Shown here: in pieces, positions 56,315 through 64,000 of the stretch
How positions within the stretch are numbered: position 1 is the stretch's first letter
Layout of the letters: every line of letters starts with the position of its first letter
Assembly (NCBI GenBank): GCA_018304545.1
Contig: JAGVVZ010000001.1
Span: forward strand, 159,495-223,494
Direction of reading: 5' to 3'
DNA: 64,000 nt
Source of the DNA: Candidatus Aenigmatarchaeota archaeon
Lineage (GTDB): Archaea; Aenigmatarchaeota; Aenigmatarchaeia; CG10238-14
The notes under the pieces: model-generated
Told to the model about the DNA's origin: nothing
Database searches by the model: none
Seen by the model: the letters and a program-made list of their open reading frames with translations, nothing else
Position numbers and translations under genes: made by a program

Positions 56315-56704
56315 ATGTTTGTATTAGAAGTTATTCTTGGTATATTGATGATTTTATTCATAGTTGTCTACCTGTTCAGAAATCCTGTATCAGTGTCTAG
56401 TTCTAGATTCGTGGATTTTAAAATTCAGATATACGAAGCTCTGGCATCATTAGACAAAACAGGAGATTTAAGAAAAATGGCTGTAGACAATAATGTAAAT
56501 GGCATAAAAACTGATCTTAATCCATTCTTGGCTGATCTTTTATCGTATGAAGTTGTGATATACAATTCCACTGCCAATATCACCAATTATCCTTCAAACA
56601 TAACAGTTCAAAACAACACTATAGCTGTAAGTTATTTCGTATCAGGTGATCTGGGAAAATACAGTCCAAGAGATATAAGGGTGTTCGCATGGGGATTTGA
56701 ATGA
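56315..56704 (+). CDS. Small N-terminally anchored protein (pilin-like, tentative)
   Basis: 129 aa. 'MFVLEVILGILMILFIVVYLF' followed by N-x-T-rich sequence. Confidence 0.4.
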   Translation: MFVLEVILGILMILFIVVYLFRNPVSVSSSRFVDFKIQIYEALASLDKTGDLRKMAVDNNVNGIKTDLNPFLADLLSYEVVIYNSTANITNYPSNITVQNNTIAVSYFVSGDLGKYSPRDIRVFAWGFE

Positions 56705-57321
56705 AAAACAAAGGCCAGATATTTTTAATATTGTCAGTCATCATCATAGTTGTATTCCTTCTCTTAAGAGGATCGGTTAACCTGCCGGATATAATACAAC
56801 GACAGAAAGATACTGGATCCAGATTTGAAAAAAGATTTTTCTCCAACACTATTGATGAGTTCCAAAAGGCAATTGAAATATCTTCGAAATATGACAACGT
56901 AAGCACAAACATTTTTGACTTTGCCAATTTCACAAGACAAAGAATGAGCGAAAGATTGAATGACCTTGATTTTCTGTTCGTTGCTACCTTATCTCAAAGA
57001 ACCGGCACAACCCTTAATGTTAGCGCAATCAATCTCATGAACAAGTCCATAAATCTCACTTTGACTCTGAACTCAACACCTTCTCAATCGCTGAACATGG
57101 ACAATTTTCTTGATAGAACGATGCGTGAGAATACATTCACAATAGCACAGGGAAATGATTATACGGTCACTATTTCTTACAATAGCACATACAATGAGAA
57201 CATGACGTTTATCACAAGAAACGGATTCAAATATTACAATGCATTTTTTGACATAACACTCAGAAGCAGGGACACGTCATATAAAGATAAGTTTCAAAGA
57301 ACATATAGATTAATATCATGA
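56701..57321 (+). CDS. Archaeal type IV pilin-like protein (class III signal peptide)
   Basis: 'MKNKGQIFLILSVIIIVVFLLL' has the positively charged K-G↓Q motif plus a hydrophobic stretch typical of prepilin-peptidase substrates. It overlaps its neighbours by 4 nt. Confidence 0.55.
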   Translation: MKNKGQIFLILSVIIIVVFLLLRGSVNLPDIIQRQKDTGSRFEKRFFSNTIDEFQKAIEISSKYDNVSTNIFDFANFTRQRMSERLNDLDFLFVATLSQRTGTTLNVSAINLMNKSINLTLTLNSTPSQSLNMDNFLDRTMRENTFTIAQGNDYTVTISYNSTYNENMTFITRNGFKYYNAFFDITLRSRDTSYKDKFQRTYRLIS

Positions 57322-57803
57322 TGAACAAAGGAGTCAGCCCATTCTTAGCAACATCATTGATCATTCTGTTCTCGATAATGACGGTTGGCATCGTGACAAC
57401 CGCTGTCAAACCTGTTTTGGATAGGACAAAGGATACGGCAACTACGAACGAGGGTTTCCATAATTTAGAGTTAATAGATGATACTATTCTAGAGGTAGCA
57501 TCAGAAGAGAAGGGATCAAGAAGAACCATATCAATAAAAATGAGCGATGGGAACCTGTATTTTGATCCATGGCTGGAGTATCTGAATTATACGTATAAGC
57601 TCAATTCAAACTTAGCCATATCAGGACAAAGAGGCAGAGTAAATGCAACAATATCAACAGACGTTCTAACACTCTTTATTAAGTACGACAGGATAGATCT
57701 ATCGAAAAATATTCACTTTCCTAAAGGCAGCAACCAAATAATAATAACCAATGAAGGCATCAATAGCACTGTCAACAAGCCGATGATAAATATAACATCG
57801 TAA
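57318..57803 (+). CDS. Archaeal type IV pilin-like protein (class III signal peptide)
   Basis: 'MMNKGVSPFLATSLIILFSIMTVGIV' has the K-G↓VSP motif and a hydrophobic helix. Confidence 0.55.
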   Translation: MMNKGVSPFLATSLIILFSIMTVGIVTTAVKPVLDRTKDTATTNEGFHNLELIDDTILEVASEEKGSRRTISIKMSDGNLYFDPWLEYLNYTYKLNSNLAISGQRGRVNATISTDVLTLFIKYDRIDLSKNIHFPKGSNQIIITNEGINSTVNKPMINITS

Positions 57804-57860
57804 TAAGTAGCAGACTATAAAAGAAATTTATAATAATACCAAATACAGAATTACTAAAGT

Positions 57861-57998
57861 ATGTCTATCTGGAAAAATATTAAATGTCCTGGTTGCAAAA
57901 AACCGAACGAAAGAAATGAATTAAAACAGAGGGACGGACTGTGCCTATTCTGCGGCTACAAAATTGTCGGCAACCTCAATCATTTCGGTGGCAATTAA
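57861..57998 (+). CDS. Zinc-ribbon mini-protein (45 aa)
   Basis: MSIWKNIKCPGCKKPNERNELKQRDGLCLFCGYKIVGNLNHFGGN, with two CxxC pairs. Confidence 0.3.
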   Translation: MSIWKNIKCPGCKKPNERNELKQRDGLCLFCGYKIVGNLNHFGGN

Positions 57999-58231
57999 CC
58001 GAACATTCCAGACAACACATTTCCTAAATCATTTGCAGAAGATTTTTGTTCTTGATATGTATACGCTTCAATTGGCTTCTCACATTTGAAGCAAACCCAT
58101 CTTTTTGAACTCCTTTTCATGCACCTCTCACATCCTATTGAAAGGCAATTTTCACATTCCATCAATTCAATAGAAGAATTACTGCACTTAGGGCACTTGA
58201 TATCCATCATACAATTAATAATACCCTTCAC
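57995..58231 (-). CDS. Zinc-ribbon protein (78 aa, four CxxC pairs)
   Basis: 'CPKCSNS...CENCLSIGCERC...CFKC'. Confidence 0.4.
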   Translation of the reverse strand: MKGIINCMMDIKCPKCSNSSIELMECENCLSIGCERCMKRSSKRWVCFKCEKPIEAYTYQEQKSSANDLGNVLSGMFG

Positions 58232-58271
58232 AATATTTATACTATTTTAGATCAATTGAGTTGGAAGTGCA

Positions 58272-59678
58272 ATGGAAGAGGAAATAACTTATTCTAAAAT
58301 CGTCGACAAAAATCTGAAAAACAGTGTTATCGAGGGGGTTGGAAATTCTTGCAAGGTTGGATTCGGAGAATCTTACATAAGCGCATTTGCAATAAAGATA
58401 ATGAATGCGTCCAATTTTCAAATAGCTTTTTTAGCATCTATACCACGATTTGTCGGATATTTATCAGACTTATTCTCTACAAACTTGTTAGATAAAATAA
58501 AAAACAGAAAAAGGATGATATCTTTGGGCATTATCATCAGCGCGTTCATGTTAATACCAATCTTCTTGTCTGCTTTTTTGCCGAATTTCAGTGCTTGGCT
58601 TCTTATATTATTCGCGACTGTGTATTTTTTATCTGATTTCATAGTGGTTCCCATATGGATAAGCTTGTTTGGGGACATAGTGCCTGACAAGATAAAGGGG
58701 GAATATTTTGGGAAAAGGAACAGATATTTAGGAATAGCGGAATTTACATCATACTTTATAGGGGGCCTCATCTTATATGCGTTCGCCAGAATAAATTTGC
58801 TGTTGGGATTCGGCATAATATTTGGTTTGGCTCTAGTTTCAAGAATTGTATCATTCGTTTTTTTACAGAAAATATATGAGCCGGATTATACTATCCAAGA
58901 AGAAGATCCGTTCAGCTTTATGGATTTTTTTAAAAAAATGGGATCGACCAATTACGGTTTGTTCGTAATATATATATGTTTATTTACTTTCTCAGTTCAG
59001 ATAGCAGCACCTTTTTTTGCAGTCTACATGTTGAAGGATCTTAACTTTGACTTTTTAACGTTTACGATAGTTACGTCCGTTGCCGCCGTATCTGGGTTTC
59101 TGAGCATGCCGTTATGGGGAAAATATTCGGATGAATTTGGAAACAAAAAAATTCTTTCCGTTACGGGGATTTTGATCGGTTCAATCCCAATATTGTGGGC
59201 GTTATCTACAAATTTAATGTATCTAGTAATAGTAGAAGTTTTTGCTGGTTTTCTCTGGGCCGGATTCAATCTTTCCAGTTTCAATTTTGTTTATGATACT
59301 GTTTCGCCAGAAAAGAGAGTCAGAGCAGTATCATATTACAGGGTGTTATACGGCATTTCAATATTTGTGGCCCCGATTCTAGGTGCCTATTTGTTAAATA
59401 TTAAAATTACTTCTTGGAAACCAATGATCTTCATTTTGATACTTTCAGGTGTATTACGCTTGATATTCTCGCTTATATTTTTGCCAAAAATAAAAGAAGT
59501 TAAGCAAGTAAGGACTATATCCGAAGGCGAACTTGTATGGTCATTGCTAACTGTAGAGAGTATCAGGGGATTGATGCTGCCTTTAATGATAATAAAAAGA
59601 AATGCAAAAAAACCAAAAGAAGTGGTCGACAAGATAATAGATGAAATCAAACACGTCATGGAAAAAGCTAAAGAATAG
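58272..59678 (+). CDS. MFS-type transporter
   Basis: 468 aa, about 12 TM helices, with 'GYLSDLFSTNLLDKIKNRKRMI' as the loop 2-3 motif. Confidence 0.75.
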   Translation: MEEEITYSKIVDKNLKNSVIEGVGNSCKVGFGESYISAFAIKIMNASNFQIAFLASIPRFVGYLSDLFSTNLLDKIKNRKRMISLGIIISAFMLIPIFLSAFLPNFSAWLLILFATVYFLSDFIVVPIWISLFGDIVPDKIKGEYFGKRNRYLGIAEFTSYFIGGLILYAFARINLLLGFGIIFGLALVSRIVSFVFLQKIYEPDYTIQEEDPFSFMDFFKKMGSTNYGLFVIYICLFTFSVQIAAPFFAVYMLKDLNFDFLTFTIVTSVAAVSGFLSMPLWGKYSDEFGNKKILSVTGILIGSIPILWALSTNLMYLVIVEVFAGFLWAGFNLSSFNFVYDTVSPEKRVRAVSYYRVLYGISIFVAPILGAYLLNIKITSWKPMIFILILSGVLRLIFSLIFLPKIKEVKQVRTISEGELVWSLLTVESIRGLMLPLMIIKRNAKKPKEVVDKIIDEIKHVMEKAKE

Positions 59679-59696
59679 TTGCACACTATAATAATT

Positions 59697-60452
59697 ATGC
59701 TTAGAGATGACCTGGTGAAGTTCCTTGACGAGTACTTGAAGATAAATGATATTGAAGATAGCAGTTGGAACGGGTTACAATTCGAAGGCAAAGAAAACGT
59801 GCAAAAGATTGCATCAGCGGTGGATGCCGGAATAGAAACTTTTGAAAGGGCATCTTCTTCAAATACTGATTTTCTAATTGTGCATCACGGCCATTTCTGG
59901 AAAAATGGTAATCCTTCCATTAATGAAAATAGCAAAAAGAGAATAGATATTCTATATAGAAATGGCATGTCTCTATATGCAGCTCACTTGCCTTTAGACA
60001 GACATAGAGAAATCGGTAATAATGTTTTGATACTAAAAATGCTGAATGCAAAAATAAAAAGTGAATTCGTATTCTCGAAAGATAAAAACATAGGATGGAT
60101 CGGAAAAACAAATAAACTAATGACGATGCAAGAAATTGAAAAAATCATTAACAACAAATTGAATACTAAATGCGTGTGCTTATCGTTTGGCCCAAAGAAA
60201 GTGAGAAGTGTAGCTGTATGTAGTGGTGGGGGCAATTACGATGATTTCTTTGAAGCTTTAGAGAAGAGAGTGGACCTATACATAACTGGGGATACTAGCG
60301 AAATTTATCATACTGCAAAAGATTACGGGATAAATGTTATATTTGCAGGTCATCATTCCACGGAAACAGTCGGAGTCAAAATGTTGCTGGAAGTGTTAAA
60401 AAGAAGGTTCAAGATTAAAACTGAATTCATAAATATAAAAACTGGGCTATGA
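59697..60452 (+). CDS. Nif3-family dinuclear metal-center protein
   Basis: 'LIVHHGHFWK', 'YAAHLPLDRH' and 'AGHHSTE' match the NIF3 metal-ligand motifs. Confidence 0.85.
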   Translation: MLRDDLVKFLDEYLKINDIEDSSWNGLQFEGKENVQKIASAVDAGIETFERASSSNTDFLIVHHGHFWKNGNPSINENSKKRIDILYRNGMSLYAAHLPLDRHREIGNNVLILKMLNAKIKSEFVFSKDKNIGWIGKTNKLMTMQEIEKIINNKLNTKCVCLSFGPKKVRSVAVCSGGGNYDDFFEALEKRVDLYITGDTSEIYHTAKDYGINVIFAGHHSTETVGVKMLLEVLKRRFKIKTEFINIKTGL

Positions 60453-60456
60453 ATAC

Positions 60457-61059
60457 ATGATAAAGGTTGTTGTTTTTGATTTAGACTATGTTCTTGTCAA
60501 AGAGAATTGTCTTTTTAGCGAATTATTCGAAAACGAATATAAAGTTCCGCATGAAGAATTTTACGATGTAATGAAATCTTCCAAAATGCTGGAAAGGACA
60601 AAGAAGAACGGATCTAATTTCAACATATTTCACAACCTTTTAGAAAAATACAAAATAAAAATTTCGGAAAAGAATTTTTTTGATTTATGGCTGAATAATT
60701 TTAAAACAAAAAAAGATGTTGTAGATCTGGCAATATCTCTAAAGAAAAACTATAAAATAGCCGTCATTTCAGATAATTTTCTAGAAAAGACAGAATTTTT
60801 CAGGAAGAAGGTTCGATGGTTCAGAAATTTTAATTATTCCTTATTTTCTTCGGATGTCGGATATACAAAAAAATCTCCGAAAATGTTTTTGAAATTAATC
60901 GGGGATCTGAAGATTAAACCGGAAGAAGCTGTTTTCATAGATGACAATGAAAAAAACATCAACGTTGCGGGAAGCGTTGGTATGAACGGAATTGTTTTTG
61001 ATAATATAGATCAACTTAAAAAAGAATTAAAAATGGCTAATGTAAAGTTTCAGTCGTAA
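60457..61059 (+). CDS. HAD-superfamily hydrolase
   Basis: 'VVFDLDYVL' (motif I, DxD), 'AVISDN' and 'VFIDDNEKN'. Confidence 0.7.
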   Translation: MIKVVVFDLDYVLVKENCLFSELFENEYKVPHEEFYDVMKSSKMLERTKKNGSNFNIFHNLLEKYKIKISEKNFFDLWLNNFKTKKDVVDLAISLKKNYKIAVISDNFLEKTEFFRKKVRWFRNFNYSLFSSDVGYTKKSPKMFLKLIGDLKIKPEEAVFIDDNEKNINVAGSVGMNGIVFDNIDQLKKELKMANVKFQS

Positions 61060-61085
61060 TCAGGATATATACAATCCAACAAAAT

Positions 61086-61328
61086 TTAACGATTATCATA
61101 TAACGATATTTCTAAATAAGTTATATCATCTATTCTCATTTTACGCAATTGGAGAATTCTACCATCTTCTAAAACCCTGAAACCATAGAAAAAATTTTCT
61201 AATGTTAAATTATCTGGATGTTGAACAGTGACTTCTTTGTTTGATAATCCAGTCAAATAATGTTCAGTAATATTTTGAAGTAATATGTTTTCCGGACATA
61301 AGTTCAATACGTCACGAACAGTTACCAT
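61086..61328 (-). CDS. Hypothetical small protein
   Basis: 80-aa ORF with no family. Confidence 0.25.
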   Translation of the reverse strand: MVTVRDVLNLCPENILLQNITEHYLTGLSNKEVTVQHPDNLTLENFFYGFRVLEDGRILQLRKMRIDDITYLEISLYDNR

Positions 61329-61393
61329 AAAATGATATTATAATCTAATGTTAAATTAATTATGCTGAATAGTAATATTCGATACTCAAATAA

Positions 61394-61492
61394 TGCAGGA
61401 GGCAGGATTCGAACCTGCGAACCTACTAAAGGACAGGCTCCTAAGGCTTACGCATCATATCTGCGCCGTTGACCAGGCTTGGCAACTCCTGC
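61394..61492 (-). tRNA. tRNA-Leu (anticodon UAG, class II long variable arm) with ~13 extra nt between D-arm and anticodon stem
   Basis: Reverse complement gives acceptor GCAGGAG/CTCCTGC, T arm GCAGG-TTCGAAT-CCTGC, discriminator A, anticodon loop CTTAGGA, and variable arm TCCTTTAGTAGGTTC. An extra hairpin GCA-GATATGA-TGC lies 5' of the anticodon stem. Confidence 0.65.
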
Positions 61493-61528
61493 ATATCATA
61501 GAATAAAGTGTATATAGAATTTAAAAGA

Positions 61529-62404
61529 TTATTCTCCCATTTCTATCTTTTGTTTATTGAACTCGGTCAATATGGAATTCCATATTTCAGAAATAATATG
61601 ATCTTTTTTCTGTATTTCCAGTATCCACGCATTAATTTCCATATGAATAGTAGTCTTGGTTGCATTTTTGATTAAAACCACTGGCCTCAGGGACTTCAAA
61701 TTCTTTGGGACTTCCAGAAATCTGGATAATCCCGGAATATTTAATAATCTATCTAAATTAGATTTCGTATCGCTTGAAACATTCGGCAAAATTTTGGAGT
61801 GTTTATCTAAGATGCTTAATATTATGTTTTCTACTTTTTGCAAGTCACTGTGCGGGGAAACTTTTACATTGAGCGCTATCATAACAAACTCACTTTTTGT
61901 ATAATTAGAAAGATTGGATGTTATTATTGTTGCATTAGGAACATAAACAACTTTCCCATCTAATGTTCTTAACGTAGTTCTAAAAAGGCTTATATCTTTT
62001 ACCCGGGCCAAACCAAACTGAGGGAAGCCGCCTACTTCTACCCAATCTTCCAGCCTGATTATTCTAGTTACAAAAATTATTATTCCTGAAATGATATTTT
62101 GAACCAGCTGTTGCGCAGAAAACGCCACGGCAATACCTATTAAAGTACCTGCTGCCAGTAACGCTGTAATATCAAATCCTAGGACATGAACTATGCCAAG
62201 GTAAAATCCGCCAACATATATAGCATAACTCAAAACCCTTCCTATTGTTTTGGATGTCCTCTTGTCTGATCTTTCATCCAGAAACCTTCTAGTAATCAAA
62301 TAAATCATGTTTCCAAACAATAAAGTAGCGAAAAATAATAGAAGAAAGGCTAAAAAATTGATCACAGGTACTTTTCCTATAAACAGAGATGATGCTTCAA
62401 CCAT
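61529..62404 (-). CDS. mscS: Small-conductance mechanosensitive channel (MscS family)
   Basis: Three TM helices plus an MscS beta-domain ('FRTTLRTLDGKVVYVPNATIITSNLSNYT'). Confidence 0.85.
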   Translation of the reverse strand: MVEASSLFIGKVPVINFLAFLLLFFATLLFGNMIYLITRRFLDERSDKRTSKTIGRVLSYAIYVGGFYLGIVHVLGFDITALLAAGTLIGIAVAFSAQQLVQNIISGIIIFVTRIIRLEDWVEVGGFPQFGLARVKDISLFRTTLRTLDGKVVYVPNATIITSNLSNYTKSEFVMIALNVKVSPHSDLQKVENIILSILDKHSKILPNVSSDTKSNLDRLLNIPGLSRFLEVPKNLKSLRPVVLIKNATKTTIHMEINAWILEIQKKDHIISEIWNSILTEFNKQKIEMGE

Positions 62405-62492
62405 GTTATTATTAGGTGTACAGGTATCTTAAATATTTTGGGGTTCTGTAATTACAATTCAAAGTTAAGATATGTTATCAACAGTGTTTTCA

Positions 62493-62609
62493 TATCACGA
62501 GTTTTATAGTTTTTGAGGTTTGGAAAAATATTGAATTTTATTCAACTAAATTTAAAGCTTCTAAAATAACAAACGATATTTGTATGTGAAAATTGTCGGT
62601 TTTCTGATG
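62493..62609. repeat. ~117-bp direct repeat, copy 1 (left flank of TA cassette)
   Basis: About 90% identical to 63429..63545 (ATCACGAGTTTTATAGTTTTTGAGGTTTGGAAAAATATTGAATTT...TTCTGATGG). Confidence 0.8.
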
Positions 62610-62781
62610 GTTTTTGGAATATGAGAAGCCTGAATAAGGTTGATTTCAATTAAAGGAAAATGAAGATGACTGTATTTTTAATGTGTATTATCACGGGTTT
62701 TATGACTCTTTTGACATTTAGAAAAATATTCGTGAGATGAAATATTAGCATGATGATCAAAACTTTAATTTAGTGATTTCA

Positions 62782-63135
62782 TCAATATTTTCTAATTCTA
62801 TATCTTTCAAGCTCTATGACAATTAACGATTTTATCAAAAGTTTGGTATCTATTGATTTTAGGAATTCATTAAGTATGGATGTAATCTTTGCTGAAGTGA
62901 AATGATAAGGTAACCTAAATATTATCAAGCCAATATTTTCTTTAATAGGGTATTCAACCATATTTCCAAAACCAAGATCTCTAGTTACAACTATCAGCTC
63001 GTTTTTCTTCGCGTATTCTAATATTTCCTCATCAGTATGCAAACCCAAATCTCTTACATCAAAACATTCATGATTATGACTTTCAATAGTTTTCTTCAAG
63101 GAACGTGGCAAATCAGCATCAATAATGAATCTCAT
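62782..63135 (-). CDS. DUF5615-family PIN-like toxin (putative RNase)
   Basis: 117 aa. 'MRFIIDADLPRSL...ELIVVTRDLGFGNM' matches DUF5615 (Mut7-C-like). It overlaps the upstream antitoxin gene by 4 nt. Confidence 0.65.
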   Translation of the reverse strand: MRFIIDADLPRSLKKTIESHNHECFDVRDLGLHTDEEILEYAKKNELIVVTRDLGFGNMVEYPIKENIGLIIFRLPYHFTSAKITSILNEFLKSIDTKLLIKSLIVIELERYRIRKY

Positions 63136-63356
63136 GCTTTCATCTTTAGTGGCTTAACTTTTTCGTGACTTATTATTGATGCGGCATATTCAATGACCGC
63201 TAGAATATCTTTTTTTGTCACACCATATTCCTTTTCTATTTCTTCATAAGTCATACCGCCAGCTAAAGAACCTAGAATCACATCTGCAGGAATCCTTGTC
63301 CCTTTAATAACAGGTTTTCCATGCATAACTTTCAGATCAATTTCTATTCTTCCCAT
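63132..63356 (-). CDS. DUF433-family antitoxin
   Basis: 74 aa. 'GKPVIKGTRIPADVILGSLAGGMTYEEIEKEYGVTKKDILAVIEYA' matches the DUF433 signature. Confidence 0.7.
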   Translation of the reverse strand: MGRIEIDLKVMHGKPVIKGTRIPADVILGSLAGGMTYEEIEKEYGVTKKDILAVIEYAASIISHEKVKPLKMKA

Positions 63357-63428
63357 ATCATCACTGATTTATTATCAATTGAAGTGTATTTAAAGGTTTT
63401 TTTGCTTCTTGTTAAACTATATTTCCGT

Positions 63429-63545
63429 ATCACGAATTTTATAGTTTTTGAGGTTTGGAAAAATATTGAATTTCATTCAACCAAATTTAAAGTTTCTAAA
63501 ATAACAGACGGTATTTGTATGCGAAAGTTGTCAGTTTTCTGATGG
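63429..63545. repeat. ~117-bp direct repeat, copy 2 (right flank of TA cassette)
   Basis: See copy 1. Each copy is followed within about 45 bp by an ATG-initiated small ORF. Confidence 0.8.
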
Positions 63546-63591
63546 GTCTTGTATATGATTTAGCTGATAAGTTTTGGGATAGGAAAGTTGA

Positions 63592-63828
63592 ATGATGATT
63601 AATTTAATGAAAGGAGAATCAATGCAGCTGTATTTTGGGTGGATTATGTCTTCACACAAGCAAGGAACTGGATGTAGAGGACGTTTAGAAGAACATCCGA
63701 GAGTGTCGTATCTGAATCACTCCAGAAGTGGGAAATATTTTGTTGGGGATATGATGTCAAGAAGAGATGTTAAGCTAGATCATCCGAAGGGATGTACTAG
63801 ACGGTACGTCCCGAAGAGTTGGGCTTAG
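63592..63828 (+). CDS. Hypothetical small protein downstream of repeat copy 2
   Basis: 78-aa ORF 'MMINLMKGESMQLYFGWIM...' with no family. Confidence 0.25.
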   Translation: MMINLMKGESMQLYFGWIMSSHKQGTGCRGRLEEHPRVSYLNHSRSGKYFVGDMMSRRDVKLDHPKGCTRRYVPKSWA

Positions 63829-63843
63829 TGAATCTTAACGCTA

Positions 63844-64000
63844 TTATTGTAATATAGTCACTTTTGCTTGACCATCTCCGTTACGTCCTCCTTGAGTATT
63901 ATTGGTGTTCGTGAAGGAGCCACTGATATAGCTTGATCCACCTCCACCACCACCTGAGTATCTATAACATCCACCACCACCCTGCCATGCACCTCCACCC
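63844..64000 (-). CDS. Glycine-rich protein, C-terminal part (runs off the right edge)
   Basis: Minus-strand translation '...GGGAWQGGGGCYRYSGGGGGGSSYISGSFTNTNNTQGGRNGDGQAKVTILQ*'. Stop at 63844-63846. Confidence 0.4.
   Translation of the reverse strand, partial: GGGAWQGGGGCYRYSGGGGGGSSYISGSFTNTNNTQGGRNGDGQAKVTILQ

Noticed and set aside
1-64000. CRISPR array search (regularly spaced 25-40-bp direct repeats)
   Set aside because: No run of three or more evenly spaced identical repeats was seen. The only notable direct repeats are the two 117-bp copies flanking the toxin-antitoxin pair and a short intragenic duplication.

Overview
The window is a low-GC (~32%) archaeal chromosomal segment with compact housekeeping genes. 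Gene content suggests a Thaumarchaeota-like lineage, but this is inference only: grpE-dnaK-dnaJ, a CofC-like F420 gene, a cupredoxin with a Thr/Ser-rich linker, and several tRNAs that are longer than canonical. The main landmark is the universal ribosomal-protein supercluster. It is split into two divergently oriented halves. rpl3 through rps14 runs on the minus strand (12.3-23.5 kb). rps8 through secY, followed by DUF106, rpl34e, rpl14e and cbf5, runs on the plus strand (28.8-36.6 kb). The minus-strand half is interrupted by non-ribosomal genes in several places. A gene for a glycine-zipper-motif protein lies between rpl2 and rps19. A small membrane-protein ORF lies antisense between rps19 and rpl22. 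An HExxH protein and pcm lie between SUI1 and Rpp29. A 500-bp gap between rpl14 and rpl24 carries small Cys-rich ORFs. An A24 prepilin peptidase lies directly downstream of rps14. Other housekeeping genes include an Lhr-like helicase, a NFACT protein, scpB, serS, a grpE-dnaK-dnaJ operon, maf, cdd, cofC, HIT proteins, a Nif3-family gene, an MFS transporter and MscS. I identified five tRNAs: Gly(UCC) and Glu(UUC) are canonical. Val(GAC) and Leu(UAG) each carry about 13 extra nucleotides in the D-arm region. One 167-nt tRNA carries a roughly 90-nt intron load. The accessory region between 43.5 and 57.8 kb contains several items. A tRNA-Val/Glu tandem is followed by a winged-helix protein, a membrane protein and a DUF2130-like protein (Zn-ribbon, coiled coil and nuclease-like core), with a double-palindrome control region. 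Next is an archaeosortase-like protein, apparently split into two ORFs, beside a secreted glycoprotein with a C-terminal sorting signal. This is followed by an ABC exporter and a cupredoxin. Last is a locus of an 824-aa glycoprotein plus four small proteins, two of which have class-III (type IV pilin-like) signal peptides. At the right end, a DUF433/DUF5615 toxin-antitoxin pair is bracketed by approximately 117-bp direct repeats. No CRISPR array, rRNA gene or obvious integrase/transposase was found.
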